Assembly (NCBI RefSeq): GCF_006345805.1
Contig: NC_042998.1
Span: 105,772,001-105,836,000 of the forward strand
Length of the DNA stretch: 64,000 nucleotides
From: Octopus sinensis
Taxonomy: Eukaryota
Direction of reading: 5' to 3'
The notes below the pieces were generated by a model. That model searched no databases. It had not been told where the DNA came from and worked only from the letters and a program-made list of their open reading frames with translations. Position numbers and translations under genes: made by a program. This document shows positions 25,661 through 40,168 of this stretch, piece by piece. Position 1 is the stretch's first letter. Every line of letters begins with the position of its first letter.

Positions 25661-28299
25661 GCATCAGTAAAAATGGCTTGTGGCATTTGTTCTGGTTCTT
25701 TATGTTCTGAGTTCAAATCATATTAAGGTCAAATGTATCTTATATTTCTTTTTGGTCAATAGAATAAAGTAGTATCTAAATATCCTTTTCTATTCTGGGC
25801 ACAAGGCCTGAAATTTTTGTGGGGAAGGGGCAATCAATTAGATTGATCCTAGTATGCAACAGGTATTTAATTTATCGACTCCAAAAGGATGAAAAGTAAA
25901 GTCAACCTTGGAGGAATTTGAACTTAGAACGTAAAGACAGACAAAATACTGCTAAGCATTTAGCCCAGCATGCTAACATTTCTGCCAACTCACTGCCTTA
26001 AGTATTATCTAAATATTCTTTTCTACTCTAAGCACAAGGCCCGAAATTTTGGGGTAGGGGCAGTTGATTAGATCGACCCCAATATGCAATTGGTACTTAA
26101 TTTATTGACCCTAAAATGTTGAAAGGTGAAGTTGACCTCGGCGGAATTTGAATTCAGAATGTAGTATTATCTAAATATTGATGTCATTATAGTCAACTAA
26201 TGCCTTCACTGCGAAAACATTTCTGGTTTTGTACCTAAACTAGAAATAATATTTGGCAATAACTTGGCCAATGTCCAAGAGAAGTCTTTACAGGAATTGG
26301 GAATATAAGTTACAGGTAAAAGCATAAAGCATAAGACAAAATAAACTGCACGCTTTAAAACAAAAAACCAAACATACAAACAAACAAGCAAGGCTAAATA
26401 AATTGATATGACTAGTAGCAGATTGGTAGAATTAGTAAAGCATCTACTAAAAAGCCTGATATTAAGCTAAAGTTTGTTTTTACGGTCTGAGTTGAAATTC
26501 TATAATTGTTATCTTTGCTTTTAATCCTTTCAAAATAAAGCATCAGTCAAATAGATCATTCGATTTAACATTGTTGTAGGAATTACAATAGAAGATTATA
26601 TGTAGTCAACAACACATAATGTAGTCAATAACACGGGTTTAAAAATTTTGGCGCAAGGCCTGCAATTTCAAGGGATGGAGTAAGTAGATTACATCAACTC
26701 TGGTATTCAACTCGAATATATTTTATCAATCCCAAAAGAATGGAATTTGAAGTCAGTAAGTTAAGTCAAAAGAAATACTCTAAACATTTTTGCCAAGTGT
26801 GCTAAAAATTTTGCCAGCTCACCACCTTAACGACTTCACCAATGTTAATGTATATGTGTGTGGTAAAGATATATGTGTGTGTATGTGTTTGGGTGTATGT
26901 GTAAGCATACATACAAACACACACAAATACACACACATAAAGCAACAGGTAAAGGTTAAGAAATTTGCTTCACATTTCTGAGTTCAATCTTATTGAAATA
27001 TATGATGAGAAATAATCTATCATATCCTTCAATCAACAAAAGTCTTGTAAGTCTGGCAAATGGAAACTGTGAAGGAGCCTTTGAGGACTGTTCTTGCTTT
27101 TGGAAAGCATTTGGCCCACTTTAGTTATAAGCATTTGAACCAAGTCTTCAGTCTGGGAATAAGTCCCACTCTCTCTGTCTTCCTCTTCCTCCCTCTCTCT
27201 TTTTACTTATCTATCTGTCTGTCTGTCTTTCTCTTCATCCATTCATCCATCAAACCATCTATCCACCTATCTATCTCACTAACACTCTGATTTAAAAAAC
27301 ATTGATTGAAAAAAAAATAAACATACACATTCTGATTTAAAATACTTATCTGATTTCCAAAGATAATTGAAACAGGCAAAAACTTGTAAGTCACTCTCAA
27401 TTCTATTGTTAAAGAATTATATATGTTTGTACTCTGCAAAAGTATTGAATGATTCTTTAGTTTAATGTACAATTTATTTTTTATTATTACTTAACATAGA
27501 AATAAACATTAACCCATGCCAGCAGGGAAAGCACATGTTAATGATGATGATGATGACGACGATGATATAGGTGTGTGTGTGTGTGTGTGTGTATACATGC
27601 ACATGCACACACATATGCATATATTCATATATATTCAAACACAAATATATATATGGATACATACATGCACACACATGCACATGTAGACACATATAGATAG
27701 ATGTGTGTGAGTGTATGCGTGTGTGTGTGTGTGTGTGTGTGTGTGCATGCATCATACATACAAATATACATACACATATAGATAGATGTGTGTGAGTGTA
27801 TGCGTGTGTGTGTGTGTGTGTATGTGTGTGTGTGTGTGTGTGTGCATGCATCATACATACAAATATACATACAATACTGATGAGCTAGCAAGCAGAACAA
27901 AGGGTGAATGGAGATGTGTCAAAAACTTCTTTTATGAATAAAGATGTTCTATCTAAAGTAGGAAAATATCACAGGAACCTTGTGACAGTATGGCTCAATA
28001 ATAGGAAAATGATTGACCCTATTCCCCATACATGGTACTGAAGATTTTGTACTCAGCAAGAATACTTGCTGCCTTAGTGGCTGACATTGAGAGGTTCACA
28101 AAAACCTGGTTACTAACCCTCACTCTTATAATTGAGAGCAGGACTATCATCTCTGATATTATAAATACTTCAACGAAATGACTTCAAAAAGATAGTCTTG
28201 CTATAATTTTGTTTATTTTGGCAGTTAATCCATTATTGTTTTTGTAACAAAAATCCTAGGTGCACATTTTAGGGTCTAAAACTGCTTGAGACATCAATG

Positions 28300-29990
28300 T
28301 AACCCATAATTTCTTTGTGTATGACCTGAAGATAAAAAAATGTTTACCATGCCAAAAAGCAGCTGGAGTTAATAACAACATTTTCTGCTGATATAGGAAT
28401 GGAATTTGGCCAAAAGATACATTCATATTTAATTGCTGAATGTACAAAATCAATTCCCCAAACACCAAAATTGCACATTAACGGTGACTATTTCTACTCT
28501 TCTACACAAAGAATGCTACAAATCCCTAAGCATTGATGAAAACAAAAGAGCTTTAAATAAAGATAGAGTGACCCAAGAATATTACACCAGATGCACAAAA
28601 ACATAGCTGCCAGAATACTCTTCTAACAAGACAATATCCTGCAAAACTTTTGCATTACCAGTACTGACTCTAACATTTGGGATGCTTGACTGGTCTGTAA
28701 AGGAAATTAATTTCATAGATATTAAAGCCCCCTAGACCCTAACATCAACAGGAAGCTTCCACAGAAACAGGGATATCAGCAGACTCTACTTGAGAAGTAA
28801 TTGAAGGAAGTTGAGGCTTGAGATCAGTGTTGGCAGCCTACAAGTATCGTATAGTATCTCTCACAGCAGATGCTAAACAACAGCAGCAAAAATTTATGTA
28901 AGCACTTACTGGTGAAGAGCTAAGTGAACAATATCCTGTTTACCAGCAGTGAGCTCCTCAGGAAGTATTATCTTTCTGATGAACCTCTATACAACCCCAA
29001 AATAGCTGGACTAGTATATCCCAAAGAAGGCCTAGATATGAAATAGCACACCAAAAAAGATGTTTCCTGAAGGTCTGAAGATGATACTAATAATAGTTTC
29101 GAATATTGGTACAAGGCCAGTAATTTCAGGGAAAGGGATAGGGTGATTACATGGACCCAAGTGTTCAACTGATACTTATTTTATCGACCCTAAAATGATG
29201 AAAGACAAAGTCAACTACAGCAGAATTTGAACTCAGAACGTAAAGACACAAAATGCTGATAAGCATTTCACCCAAAATCTTGCCTTGAAGATGACATTAA
29301 TATTTACATAAAAGTTCAATCTCTGTTGAACTCGTGATTGCTACATCACATCACGCTACAAAGACTATGCATTTGCCATCCAAGAACAAAGGGAACTACA
29401 AAATATTTAATTTACAAAAGAGACAGTGAAACCAATGAAGAATAAGATATAATCAGAAATGTTGAGTATTTCACATCTCTGTTGAAGATATACCAAATGT
29501 CATCATGGTACTACTAATATGACATGATGTTGTCACTGTAACAATATACAATGCCATCCAAAAACAATACTGTCTCAGGATAAACATAGGGAATCTCCCT
29601 TTTATTGAATACATAAGCATCAATACAATGAATATTTGTGGAAGATTCCCATAAAATCTCTTACCAAGTGCAAACATAACAGGCTGGATATAGTTGTGTG
29701 GGACAGACAAGTAAAAGTGTCATAAAGGTCAGCTGCTCTGCTGATGTGAATATCGCTTCAAAAATCTAAGAAAGATGATAACATAAACAGCTGCTTTAAA
29801 ACTTCCAGTTTCTATATCCAGATTATATATTCACATTAATTCCAATAATAATTGGTGCACTTGGTTTTGCGAGTAAATGCCTGAGTGACTATTTTGAAAA
29901 GCTAGGTTTTCGAATAAAGAAATCAACCAGCTACCATAAACTTTGTAAATACAATCTGTTAGATGCACAGTCAAAATATGCAAGACTTTT
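28300..29990 (+). mobile_element. Decayed R4/Dong-like non-LTR element (RT C-terminal part and REL endonuclease), interrupted by a SINE at ~29090-29280
   Basis: FSADIGMEFG, FALPVLTLTFGMLDWS, GSFHRNRDISRLYL, FAIQEQ, IPIIIGALGF motifs. Confidence 0.7.
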
Positions 29991-31087
29991 CTCAAGTTCA
30001 AATTATGACATTGTTTTTGTTATCTGCATTCCACAGACGAAGCTTATCCTCGTTAGAAACCAGCCCCTTTCTTACAAGAAAACTTCAAATAATTAAAAAC
30101 AGAAAAGAACATATATACACACATACATGCATTCATACATATATACATACGTACATACATACATACATACATACATACATACATACACACACACATACAT
30201 GCATTCATTCATACATACATGCATTCATACATACATGCATACATACATACATACATACATACATACATACATACATACATACATACATACATACATGCGT
30301 GAATAAAAGTTTGTTACTGAGAGAAATAATGACTTGTTATAAACGTTGTGGATAAATTATATATTGAAGAATTAAGATGTACACTTCTTCCAGTTCAGAT
30401 ATTTCTATGAACAATTGGTATAATTGTCTTATGGCAGGATACCCTTCTTAGTTGCAATTACTCAGCCATGAATAGGAGAATAGTGTTTTCAGTAACATCG
30501 CAGCATATCTCCATTTCCATAAAACATGTGTTTAAAGAAGACACTAATCCTATACGATGGTCCAAAGTTATTTTCATTTCTAAAACTTTCTTTTCTGATT
30601 CAAATGTTCTCATGCATTTTCCTCCCTCCAATTACTGACATTTCTGAAGTATGTGTTACCAATTTTGATGATAATTATAGTACTTTCTGAGTCTGACTGT
30701 GTTTGAGATGATGGTTTTGTACTAATGGAGAAAGGGAGGAAAATCTCCATTGTTATTCTGTCAATAATCTTCCATTGCAAGAAGATGCAAAGCCAGAGGT
30801 GAAAATTGATAAATCAGTTTTGCTAGATTCTTTACAGATAACTGTAATGAAAGTTACTTACTGAGTGAAACATTTCATTTTTATCATGATCTATGCAAGC
30901 TGTTCAAGTTTTTCAGAAGTTAATGACCTTTGACGACACAAAACTGTTAAGGAGGCTTTTGGCTTTCCATTATATAACATTTAAAGTACTAAGAATACTG
31001 CAGTACAAACTAAACAAACGAATAGGTGAATTGAAGAAGTAAATAAATATATTTATCAATAAATCAATAAAGATATAAATAAAGAGA

Positions 31088-32180
31088 TAATAGCCGAGAT
31101 AAGTCATACATAACAGGTAAATTATTTCTGCTCCCTGGACAATTTGACTATAAAGAGAGGATTTTTACATTAATATTGGCTATAAACTCTTGGTGGCAGA
31201 TAGAACAGAGGTCAGATATATAACCCAATGTTAATTCCCAGTAGAACTCACTCTTGTAATAATACTCTTTTGAAGTGCATTAACTCCTACAATATTCCTC
31301 ATAAATTTTTCTAAAAAATAGTGGGACTTTGATCTATTATTAACTTTAACAGACACTCCTTCAAATATTTGGAAATATACTGAAATTTAAAATATAGTAT
31401 AATAATTTACAGCTGAACACTGCCACTGACATCAGCAAGCTGATCAATATTGTTGTCTTTAAGGTTTTCAAATTCTCCACAGTTTTGGTGGATGGGATGA
31501 TACTCAGAATGACTTTACCATATTTCTGATAAGATGTGTAAATGTAGACCATGATAAGAAGTCAAAACAAGAGTTTTCTTTCTGTTTTGCTCTGCAGATT
31601 GCAACTGCCATTGTTAAACCTTACAATTCTATTCTTACTACTCACACAACATTGGAACACTCTGACTGCACTTTTATGGCCAGTCCATATACAACATATG
31701 TCAATATAATTTAGATATTGACAGACCCACTCACACCAACCTGAACAGGTTAGTTACTCAGGTTCTCAGTTCTCTCACAGAATCTCTGTATTTTGATCAG
31801 ACTTTAAATGTTGATTTGACTGAATTTCAAACTAATGTAGAACCATATCCAAGAATTTATTTTTCTCTTGTTGCATATTCTCCTATTTTCCAGCAGGGAA
31901 ACTCCACTATGAATAACTGACAATTTCAATATTATTCTTTTAGTCAATGACTAAATAAATAACTTGTTATTGCAGTTGCTCCTCTGCTTATTGATATCAG
32001 TGACAGGTTTCCAAATTTCTTGTAAATTATGTAGGCTATGTTTACTTATGCCAATGTGCCTCTCAGTTAGCTGTGGAGTCTGGCTCATACAGATCCCAAG
32101 CATTGATAATATTGACATTGGAAGTTCTGAAGTTGAATTTTGTTGATTTTTCATCATGGCTTTGACAAAGATCTCAATAA
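31088..32180 (+). pseudogene. TUBA: Highly degenerate alpha-tubulin pseudogene (best-supported core 31428-31925)
   Basis: Core reads (A)DQ...[10 protein letters not shown]...[12 protein letters not shown]...[27 protein letters not shown]...[51 protein letters not shown], matching alpha-tubulin ~aa 120-285; stops and frameshifts present; flanks match only weakly. Confidence 0.9.
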
Positions 32181-33289
32181 TTTGTACACAAATACTTCCA
32201 TATAAACCTCGATCAATTAGGTGGGGGTGGGGCGTAATATTTCCTACGGCCAGATATGTTGTGCAGAAAATTAGATACAAACAACATTGCTTGTATAATG
32301 GTGATACTCATTTACAATCATCATCGGAAGTCAGCACAAACGCACACACACACGCACACATTATACATATATACATTTATATATGTGTGTGTATATATAT
32401 ATATATATATATCAGTAGGATATGGTGGTTGTTGTCATTGAGTACACACTGACCATACTATGACTAACATTATTATTACTCAATGTAGGCTTCAAACTGT
32501 GTATTTCTATTCCAAGTGTGGGATCCAAAACGTAAATAATGTAAACTTAATTCAGCTAGGATACAGATATATAGCACTGAAGTAAACTGAATTAATAATT
32601 CCCTATAAATTGTAAGCATTCTTTAATAAGCCATAAATGCACACACTGAAAAATAAGAAACCATATAATTTTACTTACTTAAATTAATTATATGTAAGCT
32701 CTAATCTTCTTCTTTGAGGTGTAAAATGTTTGATAACCTCATTTAAATAAAATGTTTAAGCACTGCAACTAAGAAAATCACAAAATTCACTGAGTAAAAC
32801 ATGAATGTACAACCTTTCAGTTTTGTTTCTGACTTCTAAAAGTGCATTATTAGTTTTGAAAACAAATTAAGATTAAAGTTATATGATGATATTGTAAGAA
32901 AAAAATTATTGTAAAAATAATTAGTTTTAGTCTAAGATTTTAAATTATTTTAAATGTACAACTTCTTTCCACAAAAATGAACATGTGATTGTGCTGTCAA
33001 AACTGTCACACACCTTTCACCAATAAATTTTTGCCATTCCCCCACTATTCTATGATATGCCCGGTACCATATTAGGATACAATGTACTGTGAGCTGTGCG
33101 ATGTTATTTCAGGACACCTGCCACTAAATTTCAAGCAGGGCTTTAACAAAAGTTTCCACATTGTGATTTGTGATTAAATTAATGAGTATGGTCAACATTT
33201 ATAATTAATTTGCCATTTCCAATGGGTGTGCAGCACACACCTAGCACACCTGGAACATATGCCCCTGATATATATATATACATATATAA

Positions 33290-33625
33290 TGAAGGTGCAT
33301 GACTCAGTGGTTAGAGCGTCGAACTTACGATTGTGAGGTTGTGAGTTCGAATCCAGGACCGGGCTGCATGTTGTGTTCTTGAACAAGACACTTTATTTCA
33401 CATTGCTCCAGTTCACTCAGTTGTAGAAATGAGTTGCAATGTCACAGGTGCCAAGCTGTATCAGCCATTGCCTTTCCCTTGGATAACACTGGTGGTGTGG
33501 AGAGGGGAGGCCAGTATGCATGGGCGACTGCTGGTCTTCCATAAACAACCTTGCCCAGACTTGTGCCTGGGAGGGTAACTTTCCAGGTACAATCCCATAG
33601 TCAGTCATGATCGAAGGGATTCTCA
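33290..33625 (+). mobile_element. tRNA-derived SINE with CORE/Meta-like central box
   Basis: A box tggttagagcg, B box gttcgaatcc, then gtgttcttgaacaagacactttatttcac; no tRNA 3' acceptor stem. Related copies at ~21820 (+) and ~47630-47945 (-). Confidence 0.8.
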
Positions 33626-34679
33626 GCAGCAGCATATATATATATAATATATACATACATATCACATATATATATAATGGGCTTCTTTCCGTTTCCATCT
33701 TCTAAAATCCACTTACAATACTTTGGTCAGCTTCGAGCATAGAAGAAGTAGATTGCATTTGACCAACGCACGGTTCAGCCTAGTGGGATTGAACCCAAGA
33801 CCACATGGTTGGAAAGCAAGATGCTTAACTACACAGCCACACCTACCCCTATTATATATAAATATGTATATGAACACACATACATTCAAGTGTGTATATA
33901 TTATGTGGAAGTGTACATGTGTATATATATGCATGAATATATGTATGTACATATACACATGCATATGTATGTATATATGTATGCATGTTTTCTTCTGTTT
34001 TTAATGATTTAAATTCTTCCAAGGAAAGAGCTGATTTCTAACAATGATACAAAGTTCTGCCATTAGAATGTAGATAACAAAAATAATGTCACATTTTAAA
34101 CTTGAGAAAAGTTTTGCATATTTTTACTGTTCCACTGACAGGTTGTATTTGTAATGTGCAAATTGGTTGATTTCTTTTTATGAAAACCCTAGCTTATCCA
34201 AATTGCCACTAAGGCATTCACTCACAAGACCAAGTCCACCAATAATAGTTGGTATAAATATGAATTATAATCTGGATATAGAAGCTGGAGGTTTCAGAAC
34301 AATTGTCTCTGGTTATATTCTTTCTCTTTGATTTCAAAGAGATATTTACATCAACAGGTCAGGTGACCTTTATGACGGTATATACATTTTCTTTTCTGTC
34401 CCGTAAATGTATGTATGTTTGTATTGACTTCAGTTAGATAGTTGCAATAAAGAAGAGTAAATTGTGACTAAGTACAGTGTGCTACAGCACTCACTTACTT
34501 TGAGTCTAACATTCAGACAATATCTGTGTATTTATTTTAAAACTTATATGTTTCATGTACTTATGGTTCTTAATTTTAATTCATGAACTTGAGTATTAAT
34601 TTCATAATCAAAAAGCTAGTGTCCATTAGACAATTACCTTTGGTGGGGATCCAAGAGATATAAACTTCTTTTTTCCGCT

Positions 34680-35090
34680 ATAGGTGCAGGAGTGGCTGTT
34701 TGGTAAGTAGCTTGTCTACCAACCACATGGTTCCGGGTTCAGTCCCACTGCGTGGCACCTTGGGCAAGTGTCTTCTACTATAGCCTTGGGCTGACCAAAG
34801 CCTTGTGAGTGGATTTGGTAGACGGAAACTGAAAGAAGCCCGTCGTATATATGTATATATATATATGCGTGTGTGTGTTTGTGTGTCTGTGTTTGTCCCC
34901 CTAGCATTGCTTGACAACCGATGCTGTCGTGTTTATGTCCCCGTTACCCAGCGGTTCGGCAAAAGAGACCAATAGAATAAGTACTGGGCTTACAAAAGAA
35001 TAAGTCCCGGGGTTGAGTTGCTCGATTAAAGGCGGTGCTCCAGCATGGCCGCAGTCAAATGACTGAAACAAGTAAAAGAGTAAAAGAGTA
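34680..35090 (+). mobile_element. Full-length, young tRNA-headed SINE with internal (TA)/(TG) tract and (GTAAAAGA)n tail
   Basis: Pol III-like head, retained CpGs, tail gtaaaagagtaaaagagta; 3' halves also at ~75-305, 3485-3715, 63210-63400. Confidence 0.85.
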
Positions 35091-35624
35091 TAGTCTTTAA
35101 GAGATATAGAAATCAACACACAATAAATACAATAAGGCACCAGTATCCAAATGAATCATATATTGTTATTCAACTTGCTATCAGTATTAGTGAAGTGGCT
35201 AACCATTAAACACAATCACTGAATGTGTGATCAACTCATAGACTTCTAATGATCCTCTTTCCATCACTGGTTATGAGACCACTTAATATGCTATAAAAGG
35301 CTGACTTTAGCTTTTTATTCAGTATTTCTTTCATGAGCAATCACTAGATACTAATGCTGGCTCTAATTTGCAGTGCCCAATAAAATATTACTTTTATCAT
35401 TGGTTCCAGTGATCAAACATAAGTATAATATTGTTGTTGCTATTGTTCTTCAACCATAAGTCATCCCTGTTTAAAGCACACTAGCCTATGTTTACTTAAA
35501 GAGAGTAAGATGTATTTCAAGAAGATTCAGTTGCTATTTTTAACAATTTAGCATCCAGAACCAGATTTTCATGGGTACACACGTCCCCTCCTTTTTTAAG
35601 TGAGTAAGATGTAATTTCAATGAG

Positions 35625-36062
35625 CTTTGGTTGGTGCTCTTAGTGCACCATCCGAGCATGATCGTTGCCAGGGCTGGTGGCACGTAAAAAGCACCATTCA
35701 AATGGGATCATTACCAGCGTCACCTTACTGGCACTTGTGCCGGTGGCATGTGAAAAACAGCATTCATGCGAAGGTGTTGCAGTGCCACTGGACTGGCTCC
35801 TGTGCAGGTGACATGTAAAAACATCATTTGAGCGTTGCCATTGCCAGTACCACCTGACTGGCTCTCATGCCAGTGGCACGTAAAAGCACCTACTACACTC
35901 TCAGAGTGGTTGGTGTTAGGAAGGGCATCCAGCTGTAGAAACTCTGCCAGATCAGATTGAAGCCTGGTGCAGCCATCTCACCAGTCCCCAGTCAAACCGT
36001 CCAACCCATGCCAGCATGGAAAGCGGACGTTAAACGATGATGATGATGATGATGATGATGAT
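35625..36062 (+). mobile_element. Long RTE-tail SINE copy with internal gtggcacgtaaaaagcacc repeats
   Basis: Same family as 811-958; (GAT)n tail. Similar copy at ~45195-45530. Confidence 0.8.
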
Positions 36063-37277
36063 TGGTTACTATTTTTAACAATTTAGCAACCACATAGAAC
36101 CTTTTGTACCCCTACATCAATCCTATATGGATACTTTCAATATATGTAGTAATGTAAGAGTTTAGTTATTAAAAAATCATTCAACTATTATATCATAGCT
36201 GCCAGTCACCTGTAACAAACCCACTTCTATCTTTAAAACTTAGAAACATATATGTTGTAAATCATAACAAATCTTTGAACAGCATGCTCACTACAAAGAC
36301 AGGATTGTTATCACTACTAATGCTGATTGAATGTGTCTTTTAGTGAGCTGCTTCAGTGTTAAAAGTATGTTCAAGTACAGCATGCTGGTTCTATCCATAA
36401 TTATAACAAATATATCATGTCAACAATTTATGTTTGTGATTATGGATTTTGTATATAGAAGGAATATACTTTTCTGCTGTAATATTTTTATAGTGAAGAA
36501 CTGCTACGAAAATGTATATCTTGGCCTAAAACTACATCAATTATATTTTCACTTGACTGAAGCCACTTCAGTGACCTGTCAGTTTATATTCCTATCTGTA
36601 TACAATATAACACACACTAAGCAATATACTAAATCCAGTGGTAGAAAGGTATGAAGCAAATTTGCTTAATGTCCCAAATTTCTCTTTTCATCAAATTGAA
36701 AAATAGTGCAAATCCTTCAAAACAACATTCTTTGAACCACCATAGCCAATTTGTACATACACAAAATGCTCGCACACATGCACACACACACATAGACACA
36801 CTTGCATGCACATGTATGCACAAACACATTAGCATGTATGCATAACTAGACACACACAAATGCACAAAACACATATACACTGATACAAATGCACATAAGC
36901 AGTCCTGCAAATAGATTGATCAGTAATACAGGGAAACAAGAACACTTGAGTCTAGTTGGATATTTAAAAAGCACAGGTTTTGATTGTAGATTTGTGTTAA
37001 CCACAAAACCTCTTTATCTGCATGTACAAGTATCAACAAATAACTAAACACACTAATAAGTAAAAATCAAATTACAACACTATTTTATAAAAACACTCAC
37101 ATTCCATCTGATCCATACACACACACACACACACACACACATACACACACTCACACACACATGTGTGCATGTATACGTGGTAATGTGTGTGTGTATGTGT
37201 TATATATATATATATTATATATATATATATATATAATATATATATATAACATATACACACACGTATGCACACACATT

Positions 37278-37310
<33 letters not shown>

Positions 37311-38526
37311 CACACACATCTACAAATATATATATAGGAAAAAACTAAATGCATTTCATTTTACATTTCAGTGAACTAAGTCCAGAGTATATTATTACAG
37401 TCAAATCATTTCAAAATATAATAATATGCATTGCAAAGCAGATTATCACAATCAAACTATTTAAAAAAACATTGTTACCTATTCTGAAATGTCATATCAC
37501 ATCCAAGACATATTACTACAATCATATCATTTCAAGTTTACAGATTGCAAATCCTTATGAAGCTCTTCCAATCTATAATTACAAAAATACATCTAAGTAC
37601 ATAATTTCAAACTGGTTTCACATCTCACAGAAGATATTCATTGCAACATACATGTATAATGGCTCACTATTAGTTTTCATTTAATATATACTGCAACTAC
37701 CAGAAGTAGCTTTGTTTTAGACTCACTGGGTAAACAAGAGGAATAATATTCTAAATGTTATTAGATTCATATCATGTAGGAATATAAAATTTTATACTTG
37801 TAATTATTCAAAAATATAAGGGGAAATGTATCTTATAAAAATTTTTAAAATGAGTGAAAAATAGATGTCAGTATTTATGATTTAAACTTAGTTTTTATTA
37901 TACAATAAAAAAATTTAGTTCTTTGTTGTTCTGTCTTATTTTTTGCAAGTTGTTATAGTGGGAAAAGTTTAAAATTTGGTTACTGAGTTCTTGCTCATTT
38001 ATTTAAATGCTCACTGAGTTGAAATTTTTGGGTGTTTGGATCATATATTTGTTGTTGATGAACCATTATACATTTTCTAAGTGAGATACCTGTTTGGCTA
38101 ATATAATTCTCATGCGATATATTCAAATATAGGTTTGCCACATCAAAAGAGACTATTCAGGTTCTTTCATTCATTAAAAATGGAAGATAGTTTAACGTAT
38201 CCAGGGCATCTCTTATGTAGCTCTGTATATGTCTCAAATATGGTATAGTAACATGTTAAGAAGTTACTCAGTTTCTGAGTTTCACAAGATGGCCCTGCCA
38301 CAGTTAGTTGTAAGTTTATATTGTTTGAGCGTAAAACATTTAAGCAACAAAATTGGGATCGTTTATAGACATTCTTTATAAAATTATTTTTGTAGATTTT
38401 TGGTGGTCCATAAAAATTGCCCATCTTACATGTAAAATTGGTTAAATAGACCAATTCTTTGTCACTTAAGTATTTTTTGTATAAATTGACTAGGATGTTA
38501 AGTTCCTGTATAGCTTTTTCTGATTA

Positions 38527-39405
38527 TACAGAGGGCCAAATTTTACGATTTTTAAGTCTCCTTTTTTTGGAGGAACAGCTTAATGTATTGGTGAACTGTC
38601 AACAGTGTTAAGCATAAAGACTAAAGTCGTAGTTGAGGAAAAGTTAGCTGACATGGGGGACTGGAAATCATTTGTACATTGGAAAAGTATTGCCAGAATC
38701 ATAAGGATTCATGCCAGGTGTCAAAATACCAACATCATGGCTGATGCTCAATATTCTGGGAACACGGCAAATGCTGTAGGACATGACATGGACATCATGA
38801 AAATCAAGTTACCCCAAACTGTGATGGGTTTTGAGAGTGTTTCTGGTAAGGGTGACATCATCCTGCCTGTTTTTTACAAAGCCTCAGGCTCCATTCAGAC
38901 AGTAATGTGAAACAGCTGGAGACTGTTGTCAAACCTTAGAAGGAGAGGGTTGCTGCTAGAGGGCCATATGTGTGGCAGCAAGATTTGGCTCCTTGCCATA
39001 CCTCTGTAAAGAATTAGAAGTAGCTGTTGGAGTGGTTTCTATACTTCACCATCTCCAGTTTCTAGCCTTCTAATTCCCTTGAATTTAATGCCATGGATTA
39101 CTATGTGTGGTGCACAGTTGAGAAAGACACCAACCATTCTTCCTACAACACCAAGGTAGCCAAGATCAAGGATATATTCAAAGATCTTCCCAGAGTTACA
39201 ATGAGTAATGCATGTGCCAGATTCCAGAGCTGTCTTCAGGCTATAGTGGAAGCTGAGGGTGACGACTTTGTGTAAACTGTTATCTCGCAGCCATAAACTA
39301 GTTATTTTAAAAATTGCTCTTAAAATACATTTATTTATAGATGGGATATTGTATTTTTTCTTTTCCTTTTACACAAACTATCAAATTTATCTCGAATACC
39401 CTGTA
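38527..39405 (+). mobile_element. Decayed maT (DD37D-like) transposon
   Basis: KLPQTVMGFESVSGKGDIILP, RPYVWQQDLAPCH, NAMDYYVW, CARFQSCLQAIVEAEG; right end ataccctgta. Confidence 0.8.
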
Positions 39406-39775
39406 GCTGTTAATTTTTTCGTAACTGCTGTTGTCATCAAGTATGGATAACATGAGATTTTTATAGTAGTCTACATCCAATTCAACAACAGTACTTCTCT
39501 TTATCAGCTTCTTTTATTACCAGTTTTGGATTTGTTTTCAATGCATTAATATTTTTCTCATGCTTTTACACCGAAATTAGAATGCATCTTATGTTTTGGG
39601 AGAAACACACTTATAAAATAAGTTATATGGTCGCAAATATTACCAAGTTTTCTTTTCCTACTTTTAGTGGATGATATTTACTTTTATTTCTGACTGGATG
39701 AAATAATAGTCAAACATATACTAAAACTAAACAAATATATGTTTCTCCTACAATTTTAGCAATATGTCCTTCTCT

Positions 39776-40168
39776 TAAGGTGGCGAGCTGGCAGAAACAT
39801 TAGCACGCCAATTGAAATTCTTAGTGGTATTTTGTCTGCTGCTACGTTCTGAGTTCAAATTCTACTTTGCCTTTCATCCTTTTGGGGTCGATAAATTAAG
39901 TACTAGTTACGCACTGGGGTCATTGTAATCAACTTAATCCGTTTGTCTGTCCTTGTTTGTCCCCTCTGTGTTTAGCCCTTTGTGGGTAGTAAAGAAATAG
40001 GTATCTTGTCTGTTTATGTTCTGAGTTCAAATTCTGAAGAGGTCAACTTTGCCTTTAATCCTTTCAGGGTCGATAAATTAAGTACCAGTTGCATACTGGG
40101 GTCGATCTATTCTACTGGCCTCCTCCCCCCAAAATTCCGGGCTTTGTGCCTAGCGTAGAAAAGAATAT
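39776..40168 (+). mobile_element. Two tandem SINE units of the 4190-4403 family
   Basis: gttctgagttcaaattc...ggggtcgataaattaagta occurs twice (~39848, ~40018). Confidence 0.8.

Noticed and set aside
27690-27872. Duplicated compound (TG)n block
   Set aside because: Ordinary slippage or unequal exchange in microsatellite DNA.
27875-27910. CTGATGA-GCT agca AGC-AGAAC hammerhead-like string
   Set aside because: GAAA is replaced by AGAA, there is no helix I or III, and no NUH triplet.
30350-30900. Possible coding remnant upstream of the tubulin pseudogene
   Set aside because: No frame gives a recognisable motif.
33290-33365. tRNA gene
   Set aside because: A and B boxes are present, but there is no closing acceptor stem and it runs directly into SINE body; it is a SINE head.
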